Assembly (NCBI RefSeq): GCF_006345805.1
Contig: NC_043017.1
Location: 22,196,001-22,260,000 of the forward strand
Source: Octopus sinensis
Taxonomy: Eukaryota
Direction of reading: 5' to 3'
Length of the DNA stretch: 64,000 bases
Both the position numbers and the translations under genes were made by a program. Positions 26,091 to 40,274 of this stretch are shown here, in pieces. The notes under the pieces were generated by a model. It was given only the letters and a program-made list of their open reading frames with translations. It had not been told where the DNA came from and did not search any database. Position 1 is the stretch's first letter, and every line of letters begins with the position of its first letter.

Positions 26091-26330
26091 CATGAAAAGC
26101 ACCATCCGATCGTGGCCGTTTGCCAGCCTCGTTTGGTACCTGTGCCGGCGGCATGTAAAAAGCACTCACTACACTCACGGAGCGGTTGGCGTTAGGAAGG
26201 GCATCCAGCCGTAGAAACATTGCCAGATCAGACTGGGCCTGGTGCAACCTTCTGGCTTCCCAGACCCCAGTTGAACCATCCAACCCATGCTAGCATGGAA
26301 AGCGGACGCTAAACGATGATGATGATGATG
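26091..26330 (+). mobile_element. Family D RTE 3' UTR fragment
   Basis: Homologous to 20559-20795. Confidence 0.8.
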
Positions 26331-26995
26331 AAAGACATGTGACATAAATAAGAGATCCTTTACTCAAAAAAAATCCAGGTAAGGGTTGGTGACAGGAAAA
26401 GCATCCTACTGTAAAGCAATGCCTCGACAACATATTTCTGTAACCCAGACTAGTAGCATGGGGAAAACAACCATTAAATACAAACGTAGGAATGACTGAA
26501 CAAATAAATGCACAGCTAATTAAGAAACCTGAAATGATCTCATTAAAACCTTTCTAACGATTTCAACTTTGATGTATGTCAGAACATCTAATAACCTGTC
26601 ATAACATACGACTGTCTATTCTTTATTGTTTAGCCACAAGTGCACGTCATATTGATGTCCATTATTATCGATGTAAAGCAGCGAGGGTAGCGATAGTGAA
26701 ACACAATTACGTGTGAGCTGGACTTGGTGATTTATATTATCCGAAGTTTAATATGTTACTCTCGTCCGCTCTCATATGTTAGCCGAAGACTAATATCTCC
26801 TTGTTCCGTATTCAAGGTGTATTACGATAATCACTCTAATTTACTTGACTGAATGGAAAACTGGTACCGCTTCCTACTTCGCAGTCGTTGTAAGGTGCTT
26901 TGCAATAATGGGAAGGGAGATTAAAAGCAAATAAGCCATTGCTATCAGCACAAACATGGAAAATGGATGCAAAGCAGCGAGGACAAAAGCAAAGC

Positions 26996-27034
<39 letters not shown>

Positions 27035-27035
27035 T

Positions 27036-27250
27036 GGAGGCGCAGTGGCCTAGTGGTTAGGGCAGCGGACTTGCGGTCGGAGGATCGCGGTTTCGATTCC
27101 CAGACCGGGCGTTGTGTGTGTTTATTGAGCGAAAAAAACACCTAAACGCTCCACGAGGCTCCGGCAGGAGGTGGTGATCCCTGCTGTACTCTTTCACCAC
27201 TCTAAAGGCGGTGCTCCAGCATGGCCACAGTCAAATGACTGAAACAAGTA
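27036..27250 (+). mobile_element. Chimeric SINE: family C head fused to family A 3' end
   Basis: C-type sequence to about 27203, then AAAGGCGGTGCTCCAGCATGGCC..GAAACAAGTA and poly(A). Confidence 0.75.
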
Positions 27251-27251
27251 C

Positions 27252-27284
<33 letters not shown>

Positions 27285-27477
27285 ACTAATATGAAAGCGC
27301 ACATGCACTGGCATGTGTGTGTGTGTGTATAAACACACACATGTACATACATACATGCACACATCAATACATACACATGCATACATACATACATGCATGT
27401 ATACATATGGACATACCCCACCACACACACATACACATACATACATGCATCCATACATACTTAAATACATACATACC

Positions 27478-27699
27478 TATTTCTTTATTACCCACAAGGG
27501 GCTAAACATAGAGGAGACAAACATGGACAGACATAGGTATTAAGTCGATTATATCGACCCCAGTGCTTAACTGGTACTTAATTTATCGACCCCCGAAAGG
27601 ATGAAAGGCAAAGTCGACCTCGGCGGAATTTGAACTCACAACGTAACGGCAGCTAAGCATTTCGCCCGACGTGCTAACGATTCTGCTAGCTCGCCGCCT
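27478..27699 (-). mobile_element. SINE family B
   Basis: Reverse complement of 44243-44473; flanked by atacatacatacct direct repeats. Confidence 0.8.
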
Positions 27700-28134
27700 T
27701 ATATACATACATACCTAAATGACAATGGATTCTCTCACTGGTTTTGACGAATGTATAAACAGCTGCTGTATCAACTGAGCACATATATTACACTGAATTA
27801 GTGAGCAAAGTGGCTGAGTATTCCAAAGAGATGTAACCTTAATGAATATCTCAAGTAGAAATCAGCTTGACACAGATTTGCAAATCTGGGCCTCTGAATT
27901 ACAGGAAACGATCCCTCCAATAAGGCTTCTCTCAGTTTCCACTTATTTTCATTCCTAAAGCTAAATTGAACTCGAAGTGATAGCAAAGATACTTGTCCAA
28001 GATGGCTGTGAAATCAAAGTCTGTATCGTATGTTTACAAAGTGAACTTCTAAAGCAATCAGCCAGGTTTGGGTTGGCCTAGGGCCATAGCAGAATGTGTG
28101 TGATCAAATTGCCACCCAGAGGAACCATGTGGTT

Positions 28135-28361
28135 CTTTTATCTTTAGATTGTGACCATGCTGGGGCACCGCCTTGAAGAGAATTAGTCACGTGAATCGAC
28201 CCCACTCTTTATTATTATTTTAAGCCTGGTACTTGCTCTATCAGACTCTTTTTGCCAAGCCATCAAGTTATGGGGATGTAAACACACCAACACCGGTTGT
28301 CAAGCAGTGGTGGGGAACAAACACAGACACAAAGACACACACACACACACACACACATGTA

Positions 28362-28401
<40 letters not shown>

Positions 28402-28510
28402 TATCTGAGAGAGATCTTCTTTAAGTATTAGAAATAGCTGAAGAAATTTCTTTAGCTGCTATTTCTAATGAGTTCAGTATGTGGCAAAGTAATTTATTTT
28501 ACTAAGCCCT

Positions 28511-28550
<40 letters not shown>

Positions 28551-28695
28551 GGCTTCTTTCAGTTTCTGTCTCCCAAATCCACTCACAAGGCTTTGGTCTG
28601 CCCAAGGCTATATAGTAGAAGACACTTGCCCAAAGTGCCACACAGTGGCACCGAATCTAGAACCAAGTGGTTGGGAACAAGCTTCTTACCACACA
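28135..28695 (-). mobile_element. SINE family A, diverged, with an insert in its TA tract
   Basis: Family A homology on both sides of 28400-28512. Confidence 0.7.
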
Positions 28696-28735
28696 ATCAT
28701 GAAAAGCTTCAACCATCCACAGAGATACAGTCTGT

Positions 28736-28960
28736 CAAGCTGGCAGAAACGTTAGCACGCCGGGCAAAATGCGTAGCCATATTTCATCTGTCGTTACGTT
28801 ACGAGTTCAAATTCCGCCGAGGTCGACTTTGCCTTTCATCCTTTCGGGGTCGATAAATTAAGTACCAGTTACACACTGGGGTCGATGTAATCGACTTAAT
28901 TCATTTATCTGTCATTGTTTGTCCCCTCTGTGTTTAGCCCCTTGTGGGTAGTAAGGAAAT
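28736..28960 (+). mobile_element. SINE family B
   Basis: Homologous to 44243-44473. Confidence 0.85.
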
Positions 28961-29267
28961 AAATATAATTCTCAGTGTAGATCTTTTAGTAACGAAGGAG
29001 TCACTGAAAAGAACCCGAAGCCTCAATGCAGAATCATAAAATTAGCCATTAGTTAGATTGGAGGAGCTAATTAGTAAAATAACAGAAATATGATTGCAAT
29101 ATTGTATCAATGAGCAAAACTCCATGATTAGCCGCAATTCTGTTACTTCACAAATAAAATAATACCACGACAAATTTCTATAAATATAAAGATCAACAGG
29201 AGTTAAGAAACACAAACATTTTCTCTGGGATTCTGACCGGAAAATTTTTTTTACAGATTTTTGCTAA

Positions 29268-29670
29268 CTCTTCTCTTTTACTCTTTTACTTGTTTCAGTT
29301 ATTTGACTGTGGCCATGCTGGAGCACCACCTTTAGTCGAGCAAATCGACCCCGGGACTTATTCTTTGTAAGCCCAGTACTTATTCTATCGGTCTCTTTTG
29401 CCGAACCGCTAAGTGACGGGGACGTAAACACACCAGCATCGGTTGTCAAGCAATGCTAGGGGGACAAACACACATACACAAACACACACACATACATATA
29501 TATACATATATACGACAGGCTTCTTTCAGTTTCCGTCTACCAAATCCACTCACAAGGCATTGGTCGGCCCGGGGCTATAGCAGAAGACACCTGCCCAAGG
29601 TGCCATGCAGTGGAACTGAACCCGGAACCATGTGGTTGGTTAGCAAGCTACTTACCACACAGCCACTCCT
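29268..29670 (-). mobile_element. SINE family A
   Basis: Reverse complement of 11130-11547. Confidence 0.9.
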
Positions 29671-30569
29671 TATATTTTTCAATCTTTCAAAATTTATTTC
29701 TGGTCTTGCAAAGAACAATCCCAGATTCCCAAAACTCCATTGGTGTTTGGATGATTTGAGATATAATGGAAAGGTTTGAATATATAGACATGGGGGAAAA
29801 AATAGAAGTAAGAATCAATAGCTTTTTTTTTTTTTTATATATATCTGTGTATTTGTTTTTTGTTGCTGTTGTTATTGTTGCTTTCCATGGATAGCCATAA
29901 AGTCAACAAGAGAAAGAAAACATCGTTTGTTTGTTTTTGGTTCAATTTTATTGCATGGAATGAAGTGTTTTCTCTGAAGTGCACAACAAGCACACACACA
30001 CACACATATACACACACAAACACATACAAGCACGCACACACACACATACATGCACACACACACATACACACACAAACACATACATGCTCACACACACATA
30101 CACACACAAACACATACATGCACACACACACATACACACACAAACACATACATGCACGCACACAACAACACACACAACACTACATGCAACACCCAACCCA
30201 CAACACACATGCACACACACAAAACACATACACACACAACCACATACATGCACCACACACATACCACACAAACACAACACAACACCACACACAAAAACAT
30301 ACATGCACACACACACACACACAGAGTCTTAAACCACTGACAAAGACTGGCATATTAAATGATTAAATAACATTTACTGTGTGCTTGCACGTTTGTGTGT
30401 GTGTGTGTGTGTGTGTGTTTAAAGAACAAAGAAAGCTGGTTCCAGCAAGTTGTTTGTGAAACAATTATGGCTGAATATTTAAAAATTACAAGTAATCGTA
30501 GCAGTAACGAGTGAAGAAACAGAGTTATTAGTTGAGTAATGGTAATCAGAGGTAATTGAGCTGGAAAAT

Positions 30570-30981
30570 GAGAGGTGAGAGAAGGGGAAGGAGAGAGAGA
30601 GAGAGAGATTTAAAAAAAAGAATAAGACCGAGGGAGAAGAAGGAGAGGAAGAGAGAAAGAAATGAGAGAGAGAGAGGAGGAAAGAGAGAGAGAGAGAGAG
30701 AGAGAAAAGAAAAGAAAGAAAAAAATAATAAGAGAGGAGAAGGAAGAGAGAGGAAAGAAATAAGAAGAGAATGAGGAAGAGAGAGAGAGAGAGGGAGAGC
30801 GAGAGAGAGAGAGAGAAAAAGATTCAAAAAAGAATAGACTGAGGGAAGAAGAAGAAGGAAGAAGAAGAGAGAAGAAGAAGGAGAGGAAGAGAGAAAGAAA
30901 TGAGAGAGAGAGTAGGAAAGAGAGAGAGAAAGAGAATGACTGAAAAAGATAAAAAATGGACTTAGTGAGAGAGAGAGAGAA

Positions 30982-31013
<32 letters not shown>

Positions 31014-31280
31014 GAGAAACTTTCAGGAAGAGAGACAAAAAGAAAAAGAAGAAATGTGGAAAGCAAAAGAGAAAGAGATGGTGCCCCAGCATGGCCACAG
31101 CTCATGAGCTGAAACTAGATAAAATAAAAAAATAAAATAATAATAAGTTGATATACACACACATACAGAAAGAGAGAAAGAAGAGAGGAAAAAAGGAGAG
31201 AAAGAGAAAGGATAGAAACAGAGAGTAATGTAGACAGAGTAAAGAAGGGAGACAGTGTGGAGAGAGAGAGAGAGGAGAGG
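30570..31280. repeat. GA-rich polypurine tract
   Basis: Directly visible. Confidence 0.9.
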
Positions 31281-31477
31281 ATATTAATCTAAGGTATGAA
31301 ATTTCAGAGAAACTCTTAATAGGGGTGTGTCAGAAGATGTTAACAAAGAGACAAGATAAATTAGGGGGCAGGTAGGAGATGAGGAAGGGAGATGAATGCA
31401 GCCAGCTTTACGGCAGAAAGATGCTGCATTGAGACGCAGCAGTCAGCAGAGTGCATCGATGTCATTTGACTTATTAC

Positions 31478-31600
31478 CTTAAAGAATGCTTAATGAAGTG
31501 TGAAGGGAACAACTACGACGAGGATGTGTACAAGCTGAACGACTAAAGGGAGCTTGCAAGCCGATGAACTGGAGTGACCTTGGCAGCTTGAGAGAGGCCG
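31478..31600 (-). other. Possible non-coding 5' exon
   Basis: Unique CpG-containing island among GA/GACA tracts; minus-strand donor TTTAAG|GTAATA at 31477. Confidence 0.25.
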
Positions 31601-31617
31601 GGAGAGAGCGAGCGAGT

Positions 31618-31656
<39 letters not shown>

Positions 31657-32969
31657 GGACAGACGGACAGACGGACAGACGGACAGACGGACGGACAGGC
31701 AGACAGACGGACAGAGAAACAGAGAGAGAGATGCAGTTGGAGAGCCTACTTTTCAGTGTTGGGTTGGGATCTGGGGTGGGGTGGGGTGGGTTGGGTGGAT
31801 TGGGGGTTAGTGTGGTATGGGTGGGTACATGGGTAGGAGGTAAAGGTGCAGTGGGGGGTGAGAGGAGATGGTGGACTGGGTGGGTGGGTGGGTGGTTGTA
31901 ATGCAGGAAACTTCGTTGAAGGTAAAAAAGGGATGAAGGTATTGACATTGGACTTGGTGAAGAAGAAGAAGAAGAAGAAGAAATAGAAGAAGAAGAAGAA
32001 GAAGAAGAAGAAGAAGAAGAAGAAGGAGTAGTAGAAGAAGGAGAAGAAGAAGAAGAAGAAAGGGTTGGGGAGGAGAAAGTGTTGGACAGGGGTAGAGGAG
32101 GAAAATGGTCAGTGGGAGAAGGGGAGGAGGTGGGATTGGGAGGAGGAGGTAGAGCAAGGTACAGCAAAAACAAAAAAAAAAGAAAGAAAAAGAAGTGGTG
32201 AGGAGTAGGAAAAGAAAGAAGAAAGAAAGAGGAGGTTGGGAAGTTGAGGGGGTGGTTGTTGGGCTGAGAAAGCAAATATGAGATGATGATAAAAAGAAGG
32301 GTGATCCGGGGGGTGGGTGTGGAATTAGAAGGTTTAGGAGAAAAAGGATTGAGATAAAAAGAGACAAATAAGTTGAAAGACAGGAGAGAGATGGAGAGAG
32401 AGAGAGAGAGAGTGAGAGAGAGAGAGATGGAGAGAGAGAGAGAGAGAGACGGAGGCATAGAAAGAAAGTAATTTGAATGAGAAAAAGGAAAACAAGGATG
32501 GTGGTGGTGGGGTAGCGAAGAGAACAGAAAGAAAGAAAATATTAAGAGAGGGGGAGGAGGGGGTAGAAAGAGAATAAACGTGAGTTGGAGGGGGAAAGTA
32601 AGAGGAGTAAGATTAAGGAAGTGCGGTTGGGAAAAATAGTATTTTGATGATAGGAAGGAGAAAGAGAAATTTGTATAAAGTGTGAAGTTTTGTTATGAAA
32701 CAAAACGGAGAGATAAGGATGGAGATAAAGGGAAGAGATGGCAAGGATAAGACAAAGAGAGAAGGAGAGAGAGAAAGAGAGAGGAGATATGCAGGGAGGG
32801 GAGGAGGAGGAGTAGATTAAGGAATCAAAATGTGTGAATGAGACAATAGCGATTACAGTATGTGTATGAGTATATGTGTGTGTGTGTGTGTGTGTGAGTG
32901 ATGCATGTGTGGGTTTGTGAGTATACATATATGTGTGTGTGTATGAGTATATATATGTGTGTGTATGAG

Positions 32970-33008
<39 letters not shown>

Positions 33009-33447
33009 ATGTGAGTGAGTGATGCATGTGTGGGTTTGTGAGTATACATTTATATGTCCATGTGTGAGAATGAATGCATGTGTATATGTGAATGTGTATA
33101 TACATGTGAAGGCACATGGCTTAGGGGTTAGAGCATTCGGCTCATGAATTCAATTCCCGGCGACACCTTCTGTCCTTGAGCAAGACACTTTATTTCACAT
33201 TGCTCCAGTTCACTGAGCTGGAAAAAATGAGTTGTAATTACATATACATATACAACATATACATGTACAACAAGCATCTTTCAGTCTCCATCTACCAAAT
33301 CCACTCACAAGGCTTTGGTCGGCCCGAGGCTATAGTAGAAGACACTTGCCTAAGGTGCCATGCAGTGGGACTGAACCCAGAATCATGTGGTTGGTAAGCA
33401 AGCTACTTACTACACAGCCACTGCTGCGCCTATATATATATATATAC

Positions 33448-33493
<46 letters not shown>

Positions 33494-33694
33494 GTACATA
33501 TATGTATGTATGTATGCATTATATTTATTTATTACATATTGTATGTCTGAGCGCCCTCGCGTCGTTTCGTTTCGTTCTTCCTTTCTCCAGTATGCTTTTG
33601 TATGTATGTATATATATATACATATATATATATATATACATATATAAATAATACATATATAAATAATACATATATATATTATATACATATATAA

Positions 33695-33725
<31 letters not shown>

Positions 33726-34789
33726 ACATATATATATACATATATATATTATACATATATATTTATATATATATACACTATATATACATATATATATATA
33801 CATATACATATATATATATACATAATATATATATATACATACATAAATATACATATATATACATATATTATAGAAATATTAAAATTACTAAGTCTCTCTA
33901 AAGAAGATTACGCAGCGTTACTGGAAATTAATAGTTATCGCCATACTAATATTTATAAGACTGCCATATTAGTATGGCGATAACCATATATATAATATAA
34001 TATATATATATAGATATATATTATATATATATAATATGTATATATATATACATTATATATATTATTTAGTGACCTACGTCCGCTTTGGTCTTCATATCTT
34101 GCATTACATCTTCAACAAGTGTCACATCCTATGGGTTCCCTGTGTTTGTCCCCACCACGCTCTGGTTTTGGTGTGCTTATGCCCCCATAACTTAACGGTA
34201 TGACAAACGAGAGTGATAGAATAAGTACTAGGATTTTAAATAATGTCCTGGAATCGATTCATTCAACTAAAAGCCCTACAAGGCAGTGCTCCAGCATGGC
34301 CACAGTCAAATGACTGAAACAAGTAAATGAATAAAAAAACGTGTTGGAGAAAGAACTGGTGTTTGTGTGTGTGTATGTGTGTGTGTGTATGAGTGTGTAT
34401 GAGCAGGTGAGTGTGTGTGTGTGGGAGTGAGTGAGTTAGTGAGTGTGTGTGTATATGAGTGTATATGTGTGTGTGTGAATGTATATAAGGAAAAGAAGGA
34501 ATTTCTGAATAGTGTGTGTGTGTGTGTGTGTGTGTGTGAGTGTCTATGTGTGTGTGTTAGTGTGTGTGTATGAGTGAGTATGTGTATATATGCATGTGTG
34601 TGTATGCATGCATATAAGTGTGCATGTATGCAACTGTGTTTGTGTATGTATGCATGTGTGTGTATGAATGTGAATGTGTGTGTGTAAATAAAAACAAGGA
34701 CAGAATTGTTGAACAGTAAAAAAGATAAAGTGTGTGTGTGTATGTGCATGTGTACATGTTTGTGTGTATATGTGCATATGCATGTGTAT

Positions 34790-35480
34790 GTGTGCATGCA
34801 TGCATGTGTGTATGTCTGCATGTGTAAATATGTGTATGTGTGCATGTAAGTGTGTTTATGTGCATGCATGTGTGTGTCTGCATGTGTAAATATGTGTATG
34901 TGTACATGTAAGTGTGTGTGTGTGTGTGCATGTGTAAATATGTGTATGTGTGCATGTAAGTGTGTGTGTGTGTGTGCATGTGTAAATATGTGTATGTGTG
35001 CATGTGTGTGTGTGTGTGTGTGTGCATGAGTAAATATGTGTATGTGTGCATGTAAGTGTGTGTGTGTGTGCATGCATGTGTGTATGTCTGCATGTGTAAA
35101 TATGTGTATGTGTACATGTAAGTGTGTGTGTGTGTGTGCATGTGTAAATATGTGTATGTGTGCATGTAAGTGTGTGTGTGTGTGCATGCATGTGTGTATG
35201 TCTGCATGTGTAAATATGTGTATGTGTGCATGTGTGTGTGTGTGTGTGCATGAGTAAATATGTGTATGTGTCATTGTAAGTGTGTGTGTGTGTGCATGCA
35301 TGTGTGTATGTCTGCATGTGTAAATATGTGTATGTGTGCATGTGTGTGTGTGTGTGCATGAGTAAATATGTGTATGTGTCATGTAAGTGTGTGTGTGTGC
35401 ATGCATGTGTGTATGTCTGCATGTGTAAATATGTGTTTGTGTGCATGTAAGTGTGTGTGTGTGTGTGTGTGCATGCATGT
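34790..35480. repeat. TG-derived minisatellite
   Basis: Recurrent unit TGCATGTGTAAATATGTGTATGTGTGCATGTAAG(TG)n. Confidence 0.9.
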
Positions 35481-36397
35481 GTGTTTGTAGATGAGAAGCA
35501 TGAAGAGAAATACTTAAATGAAGAAATAGAGAAGAATTTTTTGAAAAATCTAAAGTGTGTAGAGGTAGATTACAGGTTTAAGAATGGCCTCTAGAACTGG
35601 GGAGGAACAAAACAGAGAGAAAAAAAACACAACACAACCATTATAAATAGTTGAGAAAAGAAAAGCATTATCAGATATGACCATTCGGTGTTTCTTGATG
35701 CACTCCAAATAAAATTAGCAGGTGTTCACTTAAAGGAGCTCTTGACAACAACATTTATACAACAGGAACCATTAAGAAATAAACAGTGATGTAACAACAG
35801 TTAAGACCTTCAATTTTAATCCAAGCCGTGTCTTACGGCATCAAAGAACTTTTTGGGCTTTGTATTTTTTAACGATGAACGTTAAAGAAAAGTGAATGCC
35901 GAAGATGAGTTTTATAGGATTTCTTTTGCCTTCAAACTAATTAGTTTTGTTTTTATAATTCTTTAAAATAATGTAGTATTTTAATATATTTTTGGAGTTA
36001 TTTTTGTATGGCTTTATATGTATTTTTTTTTTTGCCTTTCTTTAATGAAGGACAGATTTTTTTCTTTTTCGTTATTTTTTTTTTTTGTAATATGACACAA
36101 TGGCTCCAAGGCTAAAGAGATGACATTCTGACTACATGGTCGTTAATTTAAATCCTACAACTATTATTACAGTTTGGCCTCTTGACTAACCAGCATTACA
36201 TCTTCTTGCTCGTGTTTATACCTGATGGAAGAAAAAACAATTTTATTCTGACCTCATAAGAAAAATTATGAGTAGAAATTCTTCTCAATAATAAAATTGT
36301 AATTGTTCTCACTAATAATAAAAAATAATTATATTTTTCATCATTTTAATGTCTATTCTTCCATGCTACCATGGATCTGGTGGAATTTATTGACGTA

Positions 36398-36766
36398 GGA
36401 GCAAGAGTGGCTGTGTGGTAAGTAGCTTGCTTACCAACAACATGGTTCCAGGTTCAGTCCCACTGTGTGGCATCTTGGGCAAGTGTCTTCTGCTATAGCC
36501 CCGGGCTGACTAATGCCTTGTGAGTGGATTTAGTAGACGGAAACTGAAAGAAGCCTGACGTATATATGTATATATATATATATGTATATGTGTGTGTTTG
36601 TGTTTGTCCCCCTAGCATTGCATGACAATCGATCCAGTTCGGCAAAAGAGACCGATAGAATAAGTACTGGGCTTACAAAGAATAAGTCCCGGGGTCGATT
36701 TGCTCGACTAAAAAGACGGTGCTCCAGCATGGCCGCAGTCAAATGACTGAAACAAGTAAAGAGTAA
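36398..36766 (+). mobile_element. SINE family A
   Basis: Homologous to 11130-11547 with an internal deletion. Confidence 0.85.
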
Positions 36767-36984
36767 GGAGCAGATTTTCTCTCCTTTTTTCCTATCACCA
36801 ACCCTTATCCATTTCCAAATAAGATAATATTTCTTCTTGGTAGGAAATGTTTTCACAGAACATTGGAAATAAATTACACCACCTGCATGACAGTGGTGCT
36901 TGTTTACAACTGTTACACAGTGTCAAGACAATGAGATGCAAACACCCACACATACAAAAACACATGTATGCATATATATAATCC

Positions 36985-37038
<54 letters not shown>

Positions 37039-38149
37039 TATATATATGTGTGTGTATATGTATGTATATTCTCTAATAAATAAACTAACACCAAAATTTT
37101 TAAAAAATAACAAAACAGAAAAGAACACATTTGTGTTGCAAACTGAGTTGTGTCATGGAGCAGCTTTCACTGGATGACATATTGAGGAAATAAGGAGATA
37201 AATCTGAACCTTGTTAAATTAAATCAGATGCTTAAACTCCATTGTAGTTTACTAGTAGCAGTAGCTGGTCTGTGACAGATTTATTCATACCTAATATAAA
37301 ATCAATCATATGTATTTATATGCATTATATATTTGAAAGAAATCTCTCTTTCTCTCCTTTTGTCTTGGAGGCCTTGGGAAGGGTCCTTAGGTGTTGCATT
37401 TCTTCCTGGCTAACGATTTTTTTTTATCACAAAGAAGTAAAGATATCTTTTGCAGAAAGAAATTCTTGAGAGGGCAGAACAACAGAAGTTCTTCAGAAAA
37501 GTATTCTCACCTTCTCACTTGATGAAAATTTTTCAGACTCAAACTCTTACATTCTAAGGGCCTTACTTATTACGACGGTGTTAAGAAAGCTTTGGTCATC
37601 ATTATCATATCTAGCATCTTTTAAATATCACCATTACCATCATCACTGCTACTACCATTGCCATTTACTATTATCATCACAAAAGATACTGACACAGCCT
37701 CCACCATCTACCATGACTACCAACTGTAAAAAAACACCAACACCATTTTTTGTTAGGCACCACAACCAAAAGCTTCTTTCATACTCCATTTCAGACACCT
37801 CCTTAACTTGATAAACAGAGAATGATAGTTAAATAGTTACTGCATTTGATGGCATAAAAGACTCGCAGGAATATTAGTCACTTAGTCTACGTCATTCCCT
37901 CAGAAGCTTGGGCCACTTGCAGTTTCTGTAAGAATTTGGTTTTCCAAGAAACCTCAAGTCAAACTCTTTAGGCTCAAGGAGAAGTAGATCATGCTTCGTC
38001 TGGGCCCTTCAGTTAGTCTCATCTGCTTTACTCCTGGGATATAGAACCCTGAAGCCCCTAAAACCATGACAAGGGAATGATCATACATTGCTGAATCATA
38101 AACCAATGAGGGGACAGGCATATTAGATGCACCCCACTTTCAGTAGCAC

Positions 38150-38455
38150 ATCATCTTCATCATCATTTAGCGTCTGCTTTCTATGCTAGCATGGGTTGGA
38201 TGGTTCAACTGGGGTCTGGGAAGCCAGAAGGCTGCACCCGGCCCAGTCTGATCTGGCAGTGTTTCTACGGCTGGATGCCCTTCCTAACGCCAACCACTCC
38301 ATGAGTGTAGTGGGTGCTCTTTATGTGCCACCGGCACAGTTGCCAGACAGGGCTGGCAAACGGCCATGGTCGGATGGTGCTTTTTACATGCCACCAGCAC
38401 GGGGACCAGACGAGGCTGGCAACGGACGTGATCGGATGGTGCTTTTTACGTGCCA
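38150..38455 (-). mobile_element. Family D RTE 3' UTR fragment
   Basis: Reverse complement of 20559-20795. Confidence 0.8.
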
Positions 38456-39119
38456 TTCAGGAAAAATGTTTTTGGTGCATTAAAGTATGTTATATAGGCC
38501 CAACTTTGCATACAGGACTTGGAATGGTTTTTCTGAGACATTTTTAAGAGAAAAAAAAAGTACTTCTTATGGGATATTAAATATGGTACATAATTAAAAA
38601 CAATGATATTAATATGAAGTTGAATGCAAAATGATAACAGAAAATGAGAAGTACACAAGTGAAGAAAAAAGTAGCTTTTAATGGGTTGTTTACAGCAAAT
38701 AAATATTAATGTTTGTTGTACTGAATCTTACTAAGGACAAATGAGTATCAAGGCTAAATAGTCTTCATTCGACAAACTACCATTCAGAAGGAAAAACACT
38801 CGAGTCAGTGAAAACTAGTGCTGATCTCTGTCAACAAAAATCTATTGAATAACATTCACAAAACTGAATGAGTTTGTGAACTGTGAATAGATAGAAATTT
38901 CTAATGGTTCAGGTAGGATCTTTCACCAGAGAAGAAATGGAGAGTGTTTTTATGAAGATTATAAATAGAGCTAAAGAGTTGATAATGTAAATAAGTGACT
39001 GGCTGTGCTGTAAACTGAATGAATATAATTCCATAGCAAAAAAAAAGATGATAATGATTTCAAAATCTGGCACAGGGCCAGCTGCTTTTGAGGAGAGAGG
39101 GAAGCAAATTAGATGCAGA

Positions 39120-39830
39120 GTAAAGCTGTTTATAGCAGTGCTTGGAAGGAAGGTGTGTAGCATGTGATTGTCACATTGACCATGACAAAAAAAGTTGCCA
39201 TGGCGATACCTGCTCAGAGACCCCTGTATAGTTGCGGAACATGTATGGAGAGGAGTGTATGAACTACACACAACTGTACAAGTGGTTCAGACGTTTCCGA
39301 GATGGCCGAAAAAATGTCAATATTGACGAACGTTCTGGCTGACCCACAACCAACAGAACTGAGAAAAACATCACAGCTGCAAGATGAAATAGTCGAATCC
39401 CCATCCATGAGTTACTAAAGGTTCAGTTCAGTTCATTATCTCTGATGATTTGGGTATGAGACACGTGTCTGCCAAGTTTGTGCCAAAACTGCTTTCAGCT
39501 GACCAAAAAGACATTTAGATTTCAGTTGCATAAGATCGCTTTGATTGTGCTGAGAACAATGCAAACATTTTGAAAACTTTGCATATGCCTCTGTGCAGGA
39601 ATTGCCAAGCTTTTGGCAAAATTTGATGTGGATTCTCTGCTCAACTTTCTCTGTAATGGTCAATGCAACGATCACATGCTAAAGACCTTCCTTCCAAGCA
39701 CTGCTGTAAACAGCAGAAGTTAGTTAGAAAGTTAAAACTTAGTGGGCATGCATAGCAGAGTTCAAGCTTTACTTTGCATGATTTAGCTCATTACTATGGC
39801 AACAGTCTGGATACTTATTGATCAGACCAC
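39120..39830. mobile_element. Mariner-derived element with long inverted arms
   Basis: Inverted arms at about 39128-39198 / 39641-39712; KVEQRIHIKFCQKLG (minus) and WFRRFRDGRKNVNIDERSG (plus) resemble the mariner N-terminal HTH; TIR-like GGATACTTATTGATCAGACC at the right end. Confidence 0.7.
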
Positions 39831-39863
<33 letters not shown>

Positions 39864-39865
<2 letters not shown>

Positions 39866-40274
39866 CTCTTTACTCTTTTACTTGTTTCAGTCATTTGACA
39901 GCAGCCATGTTGAAGCACTGCCTTTAGTCAAGCAAATCAACCCTGGGACTTATTCTTTGTAAGCTCAGTACTTATTCTATCAGTCTCTTTTTGCCGAACC
40001 GCTAAGTGACGGGGACGTAAACACACCAGCATCGGTTGTCAAGCGATGCTAGGGGGACAAACACAGACACACAAACAAATACATACACACACACATATAT
40101 ACACATATATACGACAAGCTTCTTTCAGTTTCCGTCTAGCAAATCCACTCACAAGACATTGGTCAGCCCAGGGCTATAGCAGAAGACACTTGCCCAAGAT
40201 GCCATGCAGTGGGACTGAACCCGGAACCATGTGGTTGGTTAGCAAGCTACTTACCACACAGCCACTCCCGCACC
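39864..40274 (-). mobile_element. SINE family A
   Basis: Reverse complement of 11130-11547. Confidence 0.9.

Noticed and set aside
27036-27110. tRNA-Arg gene
   Set aside because: Continues directly into SINE body sequence and the acceptor stem is imperfect, so it is treated as a SINE head
34306-35478. 390-aa His/Thr-rich ORF and similar YI, CV and SL ORFs throughout the window
   Set aside because: Microsatellite translations
35830-35906. Imperfect hairpin as a miRNA or SECIS element
   Set aside because: Large asymmetric bulges and no recognisable mature sequence or SECIS core geometry
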